Shown here: positions 26,676 to 36,465 of the stretch, piece by piece | Layout of the letters: each line of letters starts with the position of its first letter | How positions within the stretch are numbered: position 1 is the first letter of the stretch | Source: Candidatus Latescibacterota bacterium | GTDB lineage: Bacteria; Latescibacterota; UBA2968; UBA8231 | DNA: 64,000 nt | Direction of reading: 5' to 3' | Assembly: GCA_965248265.1 (NCBI GenBank) | Contig: CBDFJF010000002.1 | Location: 2,112,001 to 2,176,000 of the forward strand | Program-made: the position numbers and the translations under genes | Notes under the pieces: generated by a model | The model's database searches: none | Told to the model about the DNA's origin: nothing | Seen by the model: the letters and a program-made list of their open reading frames with translations, nothing else

Positions 26676-28856
26676 TCAGTATACAATGCTGACGGGCCGC
26701 ATCGTGGTGCTGGAGCGGGCGTCGCCGTCCACCTCGATGCGAATCAGATAGACCCCGGGCGGCACGAGGTTGTCGTGAGCATCCCGGCCATCCCAGGCCA
26801 GGCCAGGGAAACGGGTGGCGTCGTAGGTCCCATTGGCGCCATCGTGCGCCAACAACTGTGCGTGATGGTTTCCACTCAGATCGAAAACGTCGACGTTGAT
26901 GTCTGCGGCGCCGACGACCGTCAACACGTCAAAACGCAGCGCCATCGTTTCATTGACGTCGTCGCCGTTCGGGGTGAACGCCGCACCCAGCTCGAAGGTG
27001 CCGATCAAGTCGGTCTGGGTCACGGAAGGACTCAGGACGGTAGTGCCGGTGGGGAATGCTCTATCGTCAGCATCCAAGTCTGCCGCATTGCCCCCGACGA
27101 CGCCCTGAAAAGCCTCCTCCTCAGTGTCGGCTGCACCCCTCAAGAGCGCGCGGCCATCGTAGGTATTGCTGTAGGTGAGAACACGGTCGAGGAAGTGGAT
27201 CTTGAGCAGGTCGTCATGTTCGAGGACGCGTGGAAACTGCAGGGTAAACCCCTCCCGGGAAAGGGCGGTGATGGCGACACTATCCTCAACGGTGGCGCCG
27301 CTCTGAATCTCCTCCACGGTGATACCGTCCTGAACCAGGAAGGTATGGTCGACGATATGCTGACCACCGGCGCTGATTATTTCGATGCGCTCGATCTTGA
27401 GCACCCGATTGGGGGTGCGAATCTCGAAATGGTCAAAACCACGCACATCGTCGGCGCGCATGTCCGCCCTCACGGCGTAGATGAAGGGGATGTCCTCGGC
27501 GGGGCGCACTTGGCGTGGGAAGACTTCAGCGATCAATTCGGCGGCGAGCGCCGGCGACACGTCTACCGAGAGGTTGCGCAACACACGCGCGGATTGGGGA
27601 TCCGAGGTTTGGAAATCCACACTGAACTGGAAGTACTGGCGGGGGCCCGGAGAGAGCACGGGGGTGCCCGCCTCGCTGGCACCCGCTATCGGGTCATAGG
27701 GCGCCGTCCATGGACTCCAGTTCTGGGTGTCATCCTTGAACGATCCGCGCTCCCAAATGTCGTTGTCGCCACCCTCCTCGGGCAGGGACAGGTATTCCCT
27801 TCTCAACATCGGTTCGCCGGGATTGTCCGTGGAGGTTTCTATCTCCCTGGCATTGGGATCACCGACTCGCTTGCGGGTAAAGGTGAAGGGTGAATCATCG
27901 GTACCCGACCGCGTGCGGATCTGCATATCCGAGACCGAGGGGTCGCCGACGAGCTCCTGCACCCAGCGCAGCTGGCCCCAATTGAAGAGCTTGTTCAGGT
28001 CGATGACCGGCGAGATGTAGTGAGCCTCCGCGAAGAAACCGGCACCGAAGACCTGGAACTTGTGGATCTCGAATGGGATGGTAGAGGTATTGTCCAGGCG
28101 GATGTGTCTGACGAAACGCGGAGGGTCGACGTCGATGACGACGATGGCATCCCTGTTGTTTACGCGCTCGTGGAGGGCCAGTCCCCAATCCGGGCCGCCC
28201 CTCGAATTGAGCGTCACGCCGTCATTCACGAACAACTTGAAGTCGCGCAGGAAGTCATTTTCGAACGGTTCACTGGGCAACGGGTACAGCGTGTTGCGCG
28301 GAAAGAAGACTATGCGGTTGATGGCGGCGCGCGTGCCCAGATCCGTATCGAGATGTATCCCTGTCTTTCCAGCGACCGTGAAGGCCGTGCTGGTCTCCTC
28401 ATCGTCCGAAATCAGGCCCGGGTATACCGACTCTTTCACTCCTGCCGCAAACGCATTCGGCGAATCGATACCGCCGCCCCGGCTCGCGCTCGTCGTGGCC
28501 ACGTTCTCCCCTTCGACAGCCCGGTGAGGATGCAGAGCATCGGGATATTCCTCCGTATCGATATCTATGAGGTTTCCTCCCGGAGCGGCATATAGTTGAC
28601 GGCGGGGCGGGATCGCGATCCCCGAGGAGGTCAGATCCGAGCGGTATTCCGCCGCTACCGTGCCGATCTCGTCAATGCTCTCCACGTTGCCGACGACCTG
28701 GCCCGTCCAAGTAATGTGTCCCCCCTGGCCAAACCGGAGACGCTCGGCCGACCAGGCGCTGGTGTAGGCGAGGAAGAAGAGCACGATCACCAAACCGAGC
28801 GTGACGGCAGACCTGGCCGCCCAGCGCATCGCATAGCGAGCAACCTGTGTTGTCAA
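26676..28856 (-). CDS. Cassette protein C, copy 2 (~726 aa)
   Basis: LRFGQ.G..TW.G N-terminus as in 6039..8102; FFPRN; IRTRSG..WSPW; FTPNGDDVN..WDGRD..VPPGVY..VSIVY. TTG start overlaps upstream TGA. Confidence 0.85.
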   Translation of the reverse strand: MTTQVARYAMRWAARSAVTLGLVIVLFFLAYTSAWSAERLRFGQGGHITWTGQVVGNVESIDEIGTVAAEYRSDLTSSGIAIPPRRQLYAAPGGNLIDIDTEEYPDALHPHRAVEGENVATTSASRGGGIDSPNAFAAGVKESVYPGLISDDEETSTAFTVAGKTGIHLDTDLGTRAAINRIVFFPRNTLYPLPSEPFENDFLRDFKLFVNDGVTLNSRGGPDWGLALHERVNNRDAIVVIDVDPPRFVRHIRLDNTSTIPFEIHKFQVFGAGFFAEAHYISPVIDLNKLFNWGQLRWVQELVGDPSVSDMQIRTRSGTDDSPFTFTRKRVGDPNAREIETSTDNPGEPMLRREYLSLPEEGGDNDIWERGSFKDDTQNWSPWTAPYDPIAGASEAGTPVLSPGPRQYFQFSVDFQTSDPQSARVLRNLSVDVSPALAAELIAEVFPRQVRPAEDIPFIYAVRADMRADDVRGFDHFEIRTPNRVLKIERIEIISAGGQHIVDHTFLVQDGITVEEIQSGATVEDSVAITALSREGFTLQFPRVLEHDDLLKIHFLDRVLTYSNTYDGRALLRGAADTEEEAFQGVVGGNAADLDADDRAFPTGTTVLSPSVTQTDLIGTFELGAAFTPNGDDVNETMALRFDVLTVVGAADINVDVFDLSGNHHAQLLAHDGANGTYDATRFPGLAWDGRDAHDNLVPPGVYLIRIEVDGDARSSTTMRPVSIVY

Positions 28857-30931
28857 GGTGCCATCTCCATGGTTTTTCTCAACATCAGATTGCTCTCCTC
28901 CTCCATGCGCTGTTCCATATCTGCCCTGCGCCTCTCCAGGCGGTAGCGTTCGTACAGCTTCATGATCTCCTCAGCCTCCGCATGCCGGCCCTGCTCGCGA
29001 TAGATCGCGCTCAGGTAGAAGTACGTCTGGTGTACCTCGGTTTGCAGTCGACGCAGGCGCTCGAGATACACCAGGGCTTCCTCGAACTGGCGCCGCTCGT
29101 AAAGCAGCCTGCCCAGGTGAGCCAGGGCCAACTCGGAGTCCGGATTGACCCCGGAGAGGATGTTCCGCAGCAGGGACTCGGCTTCCGTTGGTCGTCCCGC
29201 CTCGACGTGCAGTCGAGCGAGTCGCAGACCGGCTTGCTCGCTCCACTCCGGATCAGCGAGGAGCCGGAGGTAGGCCTCGGCAGCGTCAGCGCGCCGCTCC
29301 TCCTGGATGTACAGAAGGGCCGCGAGATAGCGCACTTCGCCATTTTCAGGTTGCCGGGTCAACAACTTCTCGTAGGCACGGATGGCGCCTGGTCGATCTT
29401 TGGTCAGTAGACGGGCTTGCGCCAGCCGCGGCAGGGCGAAATCCGCATCGATGGCAGTCAGCTCTTCGTACGTCTCCACCGCTTCCACAAAGCGCTCTGA
29501 AGCCATGTAAGCCGCGGCGAGGTCTTTGACGGCCCCGGTGTGATTGGGCCAGCGTCGCAGCAGCTTCTCATAGACGGCAACTGCCCGGTCGGAGTCGTTT
29601 CCCTTGCTATAGACGGTGGCCAGGGACAGGTAGGAATCGATGCGGTCACTCCCATGGCGTACCGCTGATTCGTACTCACTCTGAGTGTTGATCGTCATAC
29701 CTCGCCGCGCGTAAGCCTCACCTCGCCAGTGATGCTGCTCGGCGACGACGGACGGGGCTCCCTGGTAAAAGTTGAGCCCGATGAACAACACCAGGAAAGC
29801 GCTCAGACTCAACCGGCGCTCCTTCCGGTTCGCACCGAGCCAGGTGGATACTCCGGCCGCGGCGATCAGGAGAAGGATCGGCACGATCACAGCGCGACCG
29901 GCTGCGTCCGCTTCGAAGAACATCGCTGTCACCCCCGTGGTGCCAACGAACAGGAGCAGGAAAGTCTCCGCCGGCGAACGAGCAGGATCGCGCAGGCGCG
30001 GATCGCGGAGGCGCGGATCGCGGAGGCGCGGATCGCGGAGGCGCGGATCGCGGAGGCGCGGATCGCGGAGGCGAGAGCCGACGCCGACCAGGGCCAGAGG
30101 TCCGACGATGCCGAAAGGAAAGGCCAATCCCCACACCCACATCAGCGCCGCGAGCAGCGACGAATAACGGCTGGCGTAGTACGGATCTTCTACCAGGACC
30201 TCGTGACCGCGCCAGAAATCGTACAGCCCTGCAGCGCTCACGGATACATCCTGCAGCGGCCACCGCCAGCCATGAGACCACATACCCAGCAGGGCGACGG
30301 CCACAAACCCGAGCAGCATACTGGTAGCTCCGTCCCTCAGCCGCGCGTAGCGCCACATCCACCACGCCGCAATCGGCGCAAACAACAGAAGATGAGCGCC
30401 ACTGAGGGTGGCACAACCGAATAGCACGCCGGCTACCCAGAATCTCCATCCCCGCGGTTGCTGCGTCAGGGCCGATACTGCAACCCGCAGTGCCAGCAGG
30501 CTGAAAAAGATGGCCAGCACCGTCGGCTGCAAGGCGCCATCGAAGTAGATGAAGGGTCCATAAAGGGCACATGCAAGGCCCGTGATCAGTGCGACACGAT
30601 GACTGACCAGACTCCGCGCCAGACTCCACAACAACAGGCAGTTGAGCGCCCCGATAACGGTCTGAAGGTCTCTGACTTGAGCCAAGTCCTCGCCGAAGAG
30701 GCGGAAAACGGAGTGGAGAAACAGCGCGTACAGAGAGGCCGGGGTCTCCTCCGTATGCACAGCCCAGGGCAGCTTTTGCTGGGCCAGGTCCACATACGAC
30801 TCAGCGGATCCCACTACAACGTCGAATAGAGGGTCCTGCCCCATCTGATCGAGGTAGATCTGCCTCGACAGGAGAGCCACCGCGCCGATGACGGCGACTT
30901 GAGCGGCGTTCTTTTTCAGTTCCGGAGCCAA
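28853..30931 (-). CDS. GT-C-like membrane protein + TPR, cassette copy 2, with an in-frame (RLRDP)6 insertion
   Basis: ALYGPFIYF and GLAFPFG shared with 8102..10120; TPR C-terminus. Confidence 0.75.
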   Translation of the reverse strand: MAPELKKNAAQVAVIGAVALLSRQIYLDQMGQDPLFDVVVGSAESYVDLAQQKLPWAVHTEETPASLYALFLHSVFRLFGEDLAQVRDLQTVIGALNCLLLWSLARSLVSHRVALITGLACALYGPFIYFDGALQPTVLAIFFSLLALRVAVSALTQQPRGWRFWVAGVLFGCATLSGAHLLLFAPIAAWWMWRYARLRDGATSMLLGFVAVALLGMWSHGWRWPLQDVSVSAAGLYDFWRGHEVLVEDPYYASRYSSLLAALMWVWGLAFPFGIVGPLALVGVGSRLRDPRLRDPRLRDPRLRDPRLRDPRLRDPARSPAETFLLLFVGTTGVTAMFFEADAAGRAVIVPILLLIAAAGVSTWLGANRKERRLSLSAFLVLFIGLNFYQGAPSVVAEQHHWRGEAYARRGMTINTQSEYESAVRHGSDRIDSYLSLATVYSKGNDSDRAVAVYEKLLRRWPNHTGAVKDLAAAYMASERFVEAVETYEELTAIDADFALPRLAQARLLTKDRPGAIRAYEKLLTRQPENGEVRYLAALLYIQEERRADAAEAYLRLLADPEWSEQAGLRLARLHVEAGRPTEAESLLRNILSGVNPDSELALAHLGRLLYERRQFEEALVYLERLRRLQTEVHQTYFYLSAIYREQGRHAEAEEIMKLYERYRLERRRADMEQRMEEESNLMLRKTMEMAP
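29985..30074. repeat. 15-bp coding VNTR, 6 units
   Basis: ggatcgcggaggcgc repeated (first unit ggatcgcgcaggcgc); encodes RLRDP x6 on the minus strand. Confidence 0.95.
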
Positions 30932-30934
30932 CGT

Positions 30935-33652
30935 TTATTCCAGACCGGCAAAGACGGTGATGAAGAACCGGTTCGTGGTCCTGGACTTCTGTCTTTTGAA
31001 ATCGCGTCTCTCCATCACGGACCCAACCAGTGTCGTCAGTTTGTATCCCAGATAATCCGACGAATTGGCAAACTGAAACCCCCAGGACAGCGAGTCGAAA
31101 TCCAGGGCATCGTCGTCGAAGTCATTGAAGTAGGCGTACTCGATACCCATCTGCAGGAGGGTAGCCCTCAGAATCGTGGTTTCCAGCAGTCCAGAGAAAA
31201 TCTCCGTCAGAGCCGTGCGTTTGGCGGTGCCGGCGGCGGGCTTCAGCAGACCGCGAGACTGCTTGATGAACTCACTTTTCCAACGGGGCACGACTGTGAA
31301 GGCGCCGAGACGCCAGCGGTAGCTGGCTTTGTCGATCACACCGAAGAAGAAGTCCGAAGAGTCGAGTCCCAGCTGCTCACGACGCTGTCTGTTCAGCTGG
31401 CGGTAGTGGATGTAGCTGACCTTGTTCATCACAAACCAGGGGCCGGTCTGCAGCGTATGGCCCCCGAAAAACTGATTCACCCAGGTATCCTGTCCCAACA
31501 GGGGATCCTCCACCCTGACCAGCTCGCCACCGCGGAGCGTGTTGTCCGGTGCCCACTGCAACAGCGGGTTGGGGATGTTGTCTTCGACTTTCTGGGTCAT
31601 GTTGAAGAGGCGCAGGCGACCGATACGGGGGGTGTCGAGGTCGAGGGTCATGACGGCGTAATTGCTGTGGTTGCGCTTGTTGGCGGAGATCAGCTCCTCA
31701 CGCAGAGCGCCCACGGTCAATTTGATTTCAGGGGTTATGTTGGCTCCGCCGTAAATGTTGTAGCCCTCGTGGTCCTTGCGATACGGGTAATCGGGCTCCT
31801 CGTCGTTCTCGTACTGATCGATCCAGAAGTTGTGATTGAGGTCGACACCGAAGAGAAACTCGGGCCGGTCCACGCCGAAGCGGAGGAAGGGTTCCTCGAA
31901 GTCGGGCTCGGAGTTTGAGCGCGTGATGGTGTCATTCTGGTTGAAGTCCGGGATGAAGTCGTTGTTCTGATCCCAGCCCGGGAAGACTTGAGCATCACCC
32001 GAGCGCCAGTCGCGGCGCACGGTGTCGGGCCGGATGTCCTGGTCGTCGTTGTCCTCGACCATCTCCACCACATGGTTGCGTTCGCTGGTGTAGTCTATCC
32101 GTCCATCCGGCGCAGCGACGAAGGTGCGTGTGTTGTATCGCGGGTCCATACTGTAGAATTCGCTGAAGAAGAAGAACGGGGCGGCCTGGTGCGCTACGTT
32201 TACCATCCACGCGGGCGCGCTCTCATCGCCCCCGATGCCGGAAGTGGCCTCGTGCTTGTCCTTGCCGAGTTTCGGGTATTTGCGGTAGCTCCAGCTCCGG
32301 TCATACTCGGCGTAGAGGTCGAAACCGAGGAATTCGCGTACTTCGAGGGAGGCTCCCGCGACATGGGTGGCGGTGGGCAATCCGTAGCTGAAGCGGAGGG
32401 TCGTCAAGTTGGTGATGTCCTTGACGTTGCCTTCCGCCTGGGTCACCAGTAGCAGCGCCGGTCGCCGTTCGATGTCCGTCTGTCGGTCCGAGGTCATCCA
32501 GACCTGGTAGTCGTTGCCTATTTGCAGGTCGAAATCGACGCCGACGATCTGGTCTTTGGAAAGGCTCAGATCTGCGAGGTTATTGTCGTTCCGATAGCGC
32601 TCGATGTTCTGCAGGTAATCGACGCCGTCGAAATCGTAGAGCAAGCGGATCTCCTCGGCGCCGTCGGCCGCGAGGAACCCCTGGCGCACGAAACCGCCGT
32701 CGATGACGGGTTCGAACTGAAAATCCGTGCCGCGCAGGACGGTGCCATCCTCATAAGTGATGATGATGTCCGTGCCGGCCGGGAAGAAGGCCGCCCCACC
32801 TTCGCCGTCTTCGGGTGAGTCGTCCCGCAACACGATCTGGATCAAGCCGATGGTCTGATTCTGATCCACGGTCAGGGCGCCGGCAAAAGGGGTCCAGTCG
32901 ACTTTGTCCGACAGGGTACTGCCTTGATGTGAGTTGACCATATGGGCCCCGAGCTTGACGAAGCTGCCCAACTGCGCTGTGAAGCGGCCCCCAAGCAGGC
33001 TGGTGAGGTTGGTGGTGCGCGACTCTCCGGTGCCTGTTGAGGAGCCACCGGGATCGCTGATACGGGAAAAGAGCAACGTCGCTTCGTAGCGATCGGCAGC
33101 CAGGTCGAACTGGATGCCGTCGAACATCGGCTTGGAAAAGACCATCGGTGTCAGCGTTGTGCGCAACCGATTGGAGATGCTCATCGCGTAGTGATACTGG
33201 CCCTTTTGGTCAGAAGCCACGAGGAGCCCGGAAAACCAGTCCTGGAAGCGCTCGGGTTTGACCAGGGTGTTGCCGAACTGCTGTGGGGAAGTCTGGGCGT
33301 TGTTGTAGATCAACCAGCCGCGGGTGACGAAGTTGCCGTAGAGATCGTAGAAGTAATCTCCCTCGAGGATGTTGGAAACGTAGCGCTGGTAGGGACTGCT
33401 GGCGTAGTTCGTGTACTCCCACTGCCGCCACCGGTGCTCCTCGAACAGCTCCTGAGGCACGTACCAGCGGCGCACGGCTGGATCGACGGCGTTGAGCATG
33501 ACGCCCGGTCCCTGTGGGTCGAAGCTGAGTGCCCCGCCCTGCCGCACTCCCAGACGTGACCCGTAGTCTGTCTGACCTGAAGCCGCCGTGTAGGCCATGA
33601 GCAGGTTGAGCACTGATATGCAGAAATACAGCGGGAGCCTGACGCTCATCAA
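30935..33652 (-). CDS. Family A protein (A1, copy 2)
   Basis: AAGGAAGG RBS; QTDYGSRLG; A1-specific NN.QT.PQQFGNTL shared with 10126..12798; ends FFITVFAGLE. Confidence 0.85.
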   Translation of the reverse strand: MMSVRLPLYFCISVLNLLMAYTAASGQTDYGSRLGVRQGGALSFDPQGPGVMLNAVDPAVRRWYVPQELFEEHRWRQWEYTNYASSPYQRYVSNILEGDYFYDLYGNFVTRGWLIYNNAQTSPQQFGNTLVKPERFQDWFSGLLVASDQKGQYHYAMSISNRLRTTLTPMVFSKPMFDGIQFDLAADRYEATLLFSRISDPGGSSTGTGESRTTNLTSLLGGRFTAQLGSFVKLGAHMVNSHQGSTLSDKVDWTPFAGALTVDQNQTIGLIQIVLRDDSPEDGEGGAAFFPAGTDIIITYEDGTVLRGTDFQFEPVIDGGFVRQGFLAADGAEEIRLLYDFDGVDYLQNIERYRNDNNLADLSLSKDQIVGVDFDLQIGNDYQVWMTSDRQTDIERRPALLLVTQAEGNVKDITNLTTLRFSYGLPTATHVAGASLEVREFLGFDLYAEYDRSWSYRKYPKLGKDKHEATSGIGGDESAPAWMVNVAHQAAPFFFFSEFYSMDPRYNTRTFVAAPDGRIDYTSERNHVVEMVEDNDDQDIRPDTVRRDWRSGDAQVFPGWDQNNDFIPDFNQNDTITRSNSEPDFEEPFLRFGVDRPEFLFGVDLNHNFWIDQYENDEEPDYPYRKDHEGYNIYGGANITPEIKLTVGALREELISANKRNHSNYAVMTLDLDTPRIGRLRLFNMTQKVEDNIPNPLLQWAPDNTLRGGELVRVEDPLLGQDTWVNQFFGGHTLQTGPWFVMNKVSYIHYRQLNRQRREQLGLDSSDFFFGVIDKASYRWRLGAFTVVPRWKSEFIKQSRGLLKPAAGTAKRTALTEIFSGLLETTILRATLLQMGIEYAYFNDFDDDALDFDSLSWGFQFANSSDYLGYKLTTLVGSVMERRDFKRQKSRTTNRFFITVFAGLE

Positions 33653-33705
33653 TTAACCTTCCTTTGCCAATATCGTGACAGCCGGAGGTAGCCGTTCTGC
33701 GAGTC

Positions 33706-35343
33706 CTACCCCAAGCGTTCTTCGAATATCTCGATGCGCTCCTCGTATTTATCGCGCAAGCTCCTGATGAACGCGATGGTGAGTTCCTGCTTGCGCTCCT
33801 CGGTGATCAAGTAACGTGCCTGTTGTTCCACTTTTTCGAATGGCCGAATATGGCTGTCGATGCGCTCGACGACACGTAAGAGCGAGTAGGCTTTGTGGTG
33901 CTTGACCCAGACAGGGCCCACCAGCTCGCCTTCCTGTGCGGCAAGGGTCGGCTCGATCAGCTCGGGCATGGCGCCGGCCCTTACCTTATGTACTCGCAGC
34001 TCACCTCCCAAGGCCCTTTTGCCATGGGTGTGCACGTCTTTCCGGGTCAGCAGTTCGGCGATCGTGGTGCCTTCCTCAAGTAACCGACGCCACTCTCTGG
34101 CCTCGGCCTCGCCGGCTGTATACACCTCACGCACGACCGCTTCCTCGAAGGCGCGGAAGCGCTCGCGGTTGGCGTCGTAGTAGGAGCGTACGTCTACATC
34201 TCGGATATCGAGCTGGTTGTCCACCTCATACCCCATCAGGTCTTTCACCAGCAGCTCGTCATGTTTGCGCTGGCGCCAATCGATTAATTCCTCCTCATCC
34301 TCCCAGCCCTCGTCGCGCGCAGCTGCGGCGAATAGCCACTTGTGTAATACCACTCTGTCTGCCAGATCGACGACCTGAGTGCTGTCTTCGAGGGGTATGT
34401 GGTGCCCGATCGCCTGTAGGCCCTTCAGGCACTCACCTGCGTCAATGTGACCACCATTGAAGCTGTAGAAGGGCTGTCCCGCCTGCTCCGGGGCCAGCTC
34501 CACTTTCTGCAGGTTCTCGTGTCCGATCAGAACGCGCAGACCCGGCATCAGGCGAACACCATACCTGTGGGTGAGAAGCTCGACCTGTTCCTGCTTCCGG
34601 AGCCAGACTTTCTCCTGGTAGGCACGTCGCTCGATCCGCTCCCGATGAGTGAAGAGATCCGCATCCCGATCCTCGACGAACTGGATGACTTGCCACAGCT
34701 GTGGTGAAATCTTGTTGATGGCGAACTCCCCCGTGGGAAGGGAAGTGAAAACCCGACGCTGGATGGACCACCGCCTGGCGTCCATGAGACTGATCCAGCC
34801 GAGCTCTCCGTCGCGGGTCAACTCGTCGTTGGTAGCGAAGCGCTGCGCCATCTCTTCGAAGGGAGAACCGGAATTCAGCTCTTTTGCGATCTGTTCCGCC
34901 TCGGTTTCGCTGCGCACCATTACGCGTCTCAACCGCCGTTCGCGGTCCAGACCCGTCTCCTTGAAAATGCGTTCGATGTCCTCCTCAGTGACCTCCACCT
35001 GGGGGCCGATGGTCCGGAATTCATACATCTGGGCCAGGCGCCCCTGGATCGTCTGCCGGAGATCGTACAGGAATGCCTCGTCCTCATGCAGACCCCGAGC
35101 CCGAGCCTCCACGATGAGCATCTGATGATCTAGGGCTGAGTTGAGGTGGTCGAGGTCGGCTTCCCGGCCCTTTTCCGTCGAGCGAACGGTCTCTGGCAAA
35201 CGCGCCACGAAACGCTCGAGATCGGCCACCGTGATCTGATTGTCGCCGAGGCGGGCGAGTACCGGGCTGTCATCGGAACCGCAGCCGGATAGGGTGACCA
35301 GTAGCAGAGAAATGATGAATCTCAGAGAAATGATGAATCTCAA
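33706..35343 (-). CDS. SurA/PrsA-like PPIase lipoprotein, cassette copy 2
   Basis: TTG 35343 behind GGAAGG; lipobox TLSG|C; PVLARLGDNQIT; GELVGPV; RPFE..FIRSLRDKY. Confidence 0.8.
   Translation of the reverse strand: MRFIISLRFIISLLLVTLSGCGSDDSPVLARLGDNQITVADLERFVARLPETVRSTEKGREADLDHLNSALDHQMLIVEARARGLHEDEAFLYDLRQTIQGRLAQMYEFRTIGPQVEVTEEDIERIFKETGLDRERRLRRVMVRSETEAEQIAKELNSGSPFEEMAQRFATNDELTRDGELGWISLMDARRWSIQRRVFTSLPTGEFAINKISPQLWQVIQFVEDRDADLFTHRERIERRAYQEKVWLRKQEQVELLTHRYGVRLMPGLRVLIGHENLQKVELAPEQAGQPFYSFNGGHIDAGECLKGLQAIGHHIPLEDSTQVVDLADRVVLHKWLFAAAARDEGWEDEEELIDWRQRKHDELLVKDLMGYEVDNQLDIRDVDVRSYYDANRERFRAFEEAVVREVYTAGEAEAREWRRLLEEGTTIAELLTRKDVHTHGKRALGGELRVHKVRAGAMPELIEPTLAAQEGELVGPVWVKHHKAYSLLRVVERIDSHIRPFEKVEQQARYLITEERKQELTIAFIRSLRDKYEERIEIFEERLG
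35305..35342. repeat. 18-bp tandem duplication in signal-peptide codons
   Basis: cagagaaatgatgaatct x2, giving LRFIIS-LRFIIS. Confidence 0.95.
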
Positions 35344-35511
35344 GGTACCTTCCAATATGGCGATCGGATTGCATGGAACTGGCAAACAAAGTAGCCAATT
35401 TCACTTCTGTTTCCGAGCAAAAAATATGGTGTGGTGGTGTGATTCTGAGGCTGCGGGCTATGTTCTCGACCGAACCTGCCGCAGTGCTCTCAGCTTTCGA
35501 GGCCTCGTGAC

Positions 35512-36465
35512 TTGGTAACCCTGCAAACAAGACATTCCCTATCACTGATCATTGGCGTGCTGGCAGTAGGCGGCATGACAGCTGCTGAGCCGGAGGCCGG
35601 CGGAGCCGCCATAGGCCAGGAGAGCACCCAGGGGGTCTGGTTGCTTCGACAAGGGCGTCCGAGGGAAGCACTGACCCTTCTGAAACAGGCCGCGGAGAGA
35701 GAGCCGACTGATCCCCAAATCCACTACAATCTGGGCGTCGCCCACGCCAGGCTGAGAGACTTCGCGAAAGCGGTGAAGGCCTTCGCGCGTGCCGTAGATC
35801 TGGCACCGCAACATCCAGACGCGCATTTCGCCCTGGCCGTCGTCATGGGAGTTGAGCACCGCCAGACCGAGGCAGCCGCCCACTTCGAAAAGGCGGCAGC
35901 GCTGGCGCCACAGCGGGCGGATTACCATTTCCGCCTCGGCAAAGTCCGCAAGGCTCTGGGCCAGGTCGAAGAGGCCCTGACGGCTTTCGCGACGGCGATC
36001 GAACTGGATTCGACGCATGTGGAAGCCCACTATCTGCGAGCCGACTTACTGGCCTTGAGCAACCGACCTGAAACAGCCGAGGAGGGGTACCGGCGCGCAC
36101 TCGAAATCGACGGGCAGCGCGCCGACGTCCTACTGGGTTTGGGCACGGTCTGCGTGCAACAGGGGAAATACCTGCAGGCCGCCAAAGCGCTGATTCGTGC
36201 CGTCGAACTGGAACCGCGCAATACCGCTGCCCTTTACCTTTTGAGCCAAGCGTACCTGCACCTTGGCCTGCCAAGCGAGCGTGAGCAGGCTTTGGAGGCC
36301 TTCCAACGGCTGAGCTCGGCCCAGTGGTTTTACAAGCAGGGCGACCTCTACGCCCGGCGCGGAGCGCTCGCAGCGGCGCGAAAGGCATTGGGGGAGGCCC
36401 TGGTGCTTGATCCGGACCACGCCGAGGCGCGGGAAAGGTTGTCGCAGCTGGGAGCAGAGCCATGA
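35512..36465 (+). CDS. Exported TPR-repeat protein
   Basis: Hydrophobic N-terminus; repeated TPRs (IHYNLGVAH, YHFRLGKV). Stop overlaps next ATG (ATGA). Confidence 0.85.
   Translation: MVTLQTRHSLSLIIGVLAVGGMTAAEPEAGGAAIGQESTQGVWLLRQGRPREALTLLKQAAEREPTDPQIHYNLGVAHARLRDFAKAVKAFARAVDLAPQHPDAHFALAVVMGVEHRQTEAAAHFEKAAALAPQRADYHFRLGKVRKALGQVEEALTAFATAIELDSTHVEAHYLRADLLALSNRPETAEEGYRRALEIDGQRADVLLGLGTVCVQQGKYLQAAKALIRAVELEPRNTAALYLLSQAYLHLGLPSEREQALEAFQRLSSAQWFYKQGDLYARRGALAAARKALGEALVLDPDHAEARERLSQLGAEP

Noticed and set aside
29985-30074. Possible CRISPR array
   Set aside because: Head-to-tail 15-bp units without spacers, in frame within a CDS; no cas genes.
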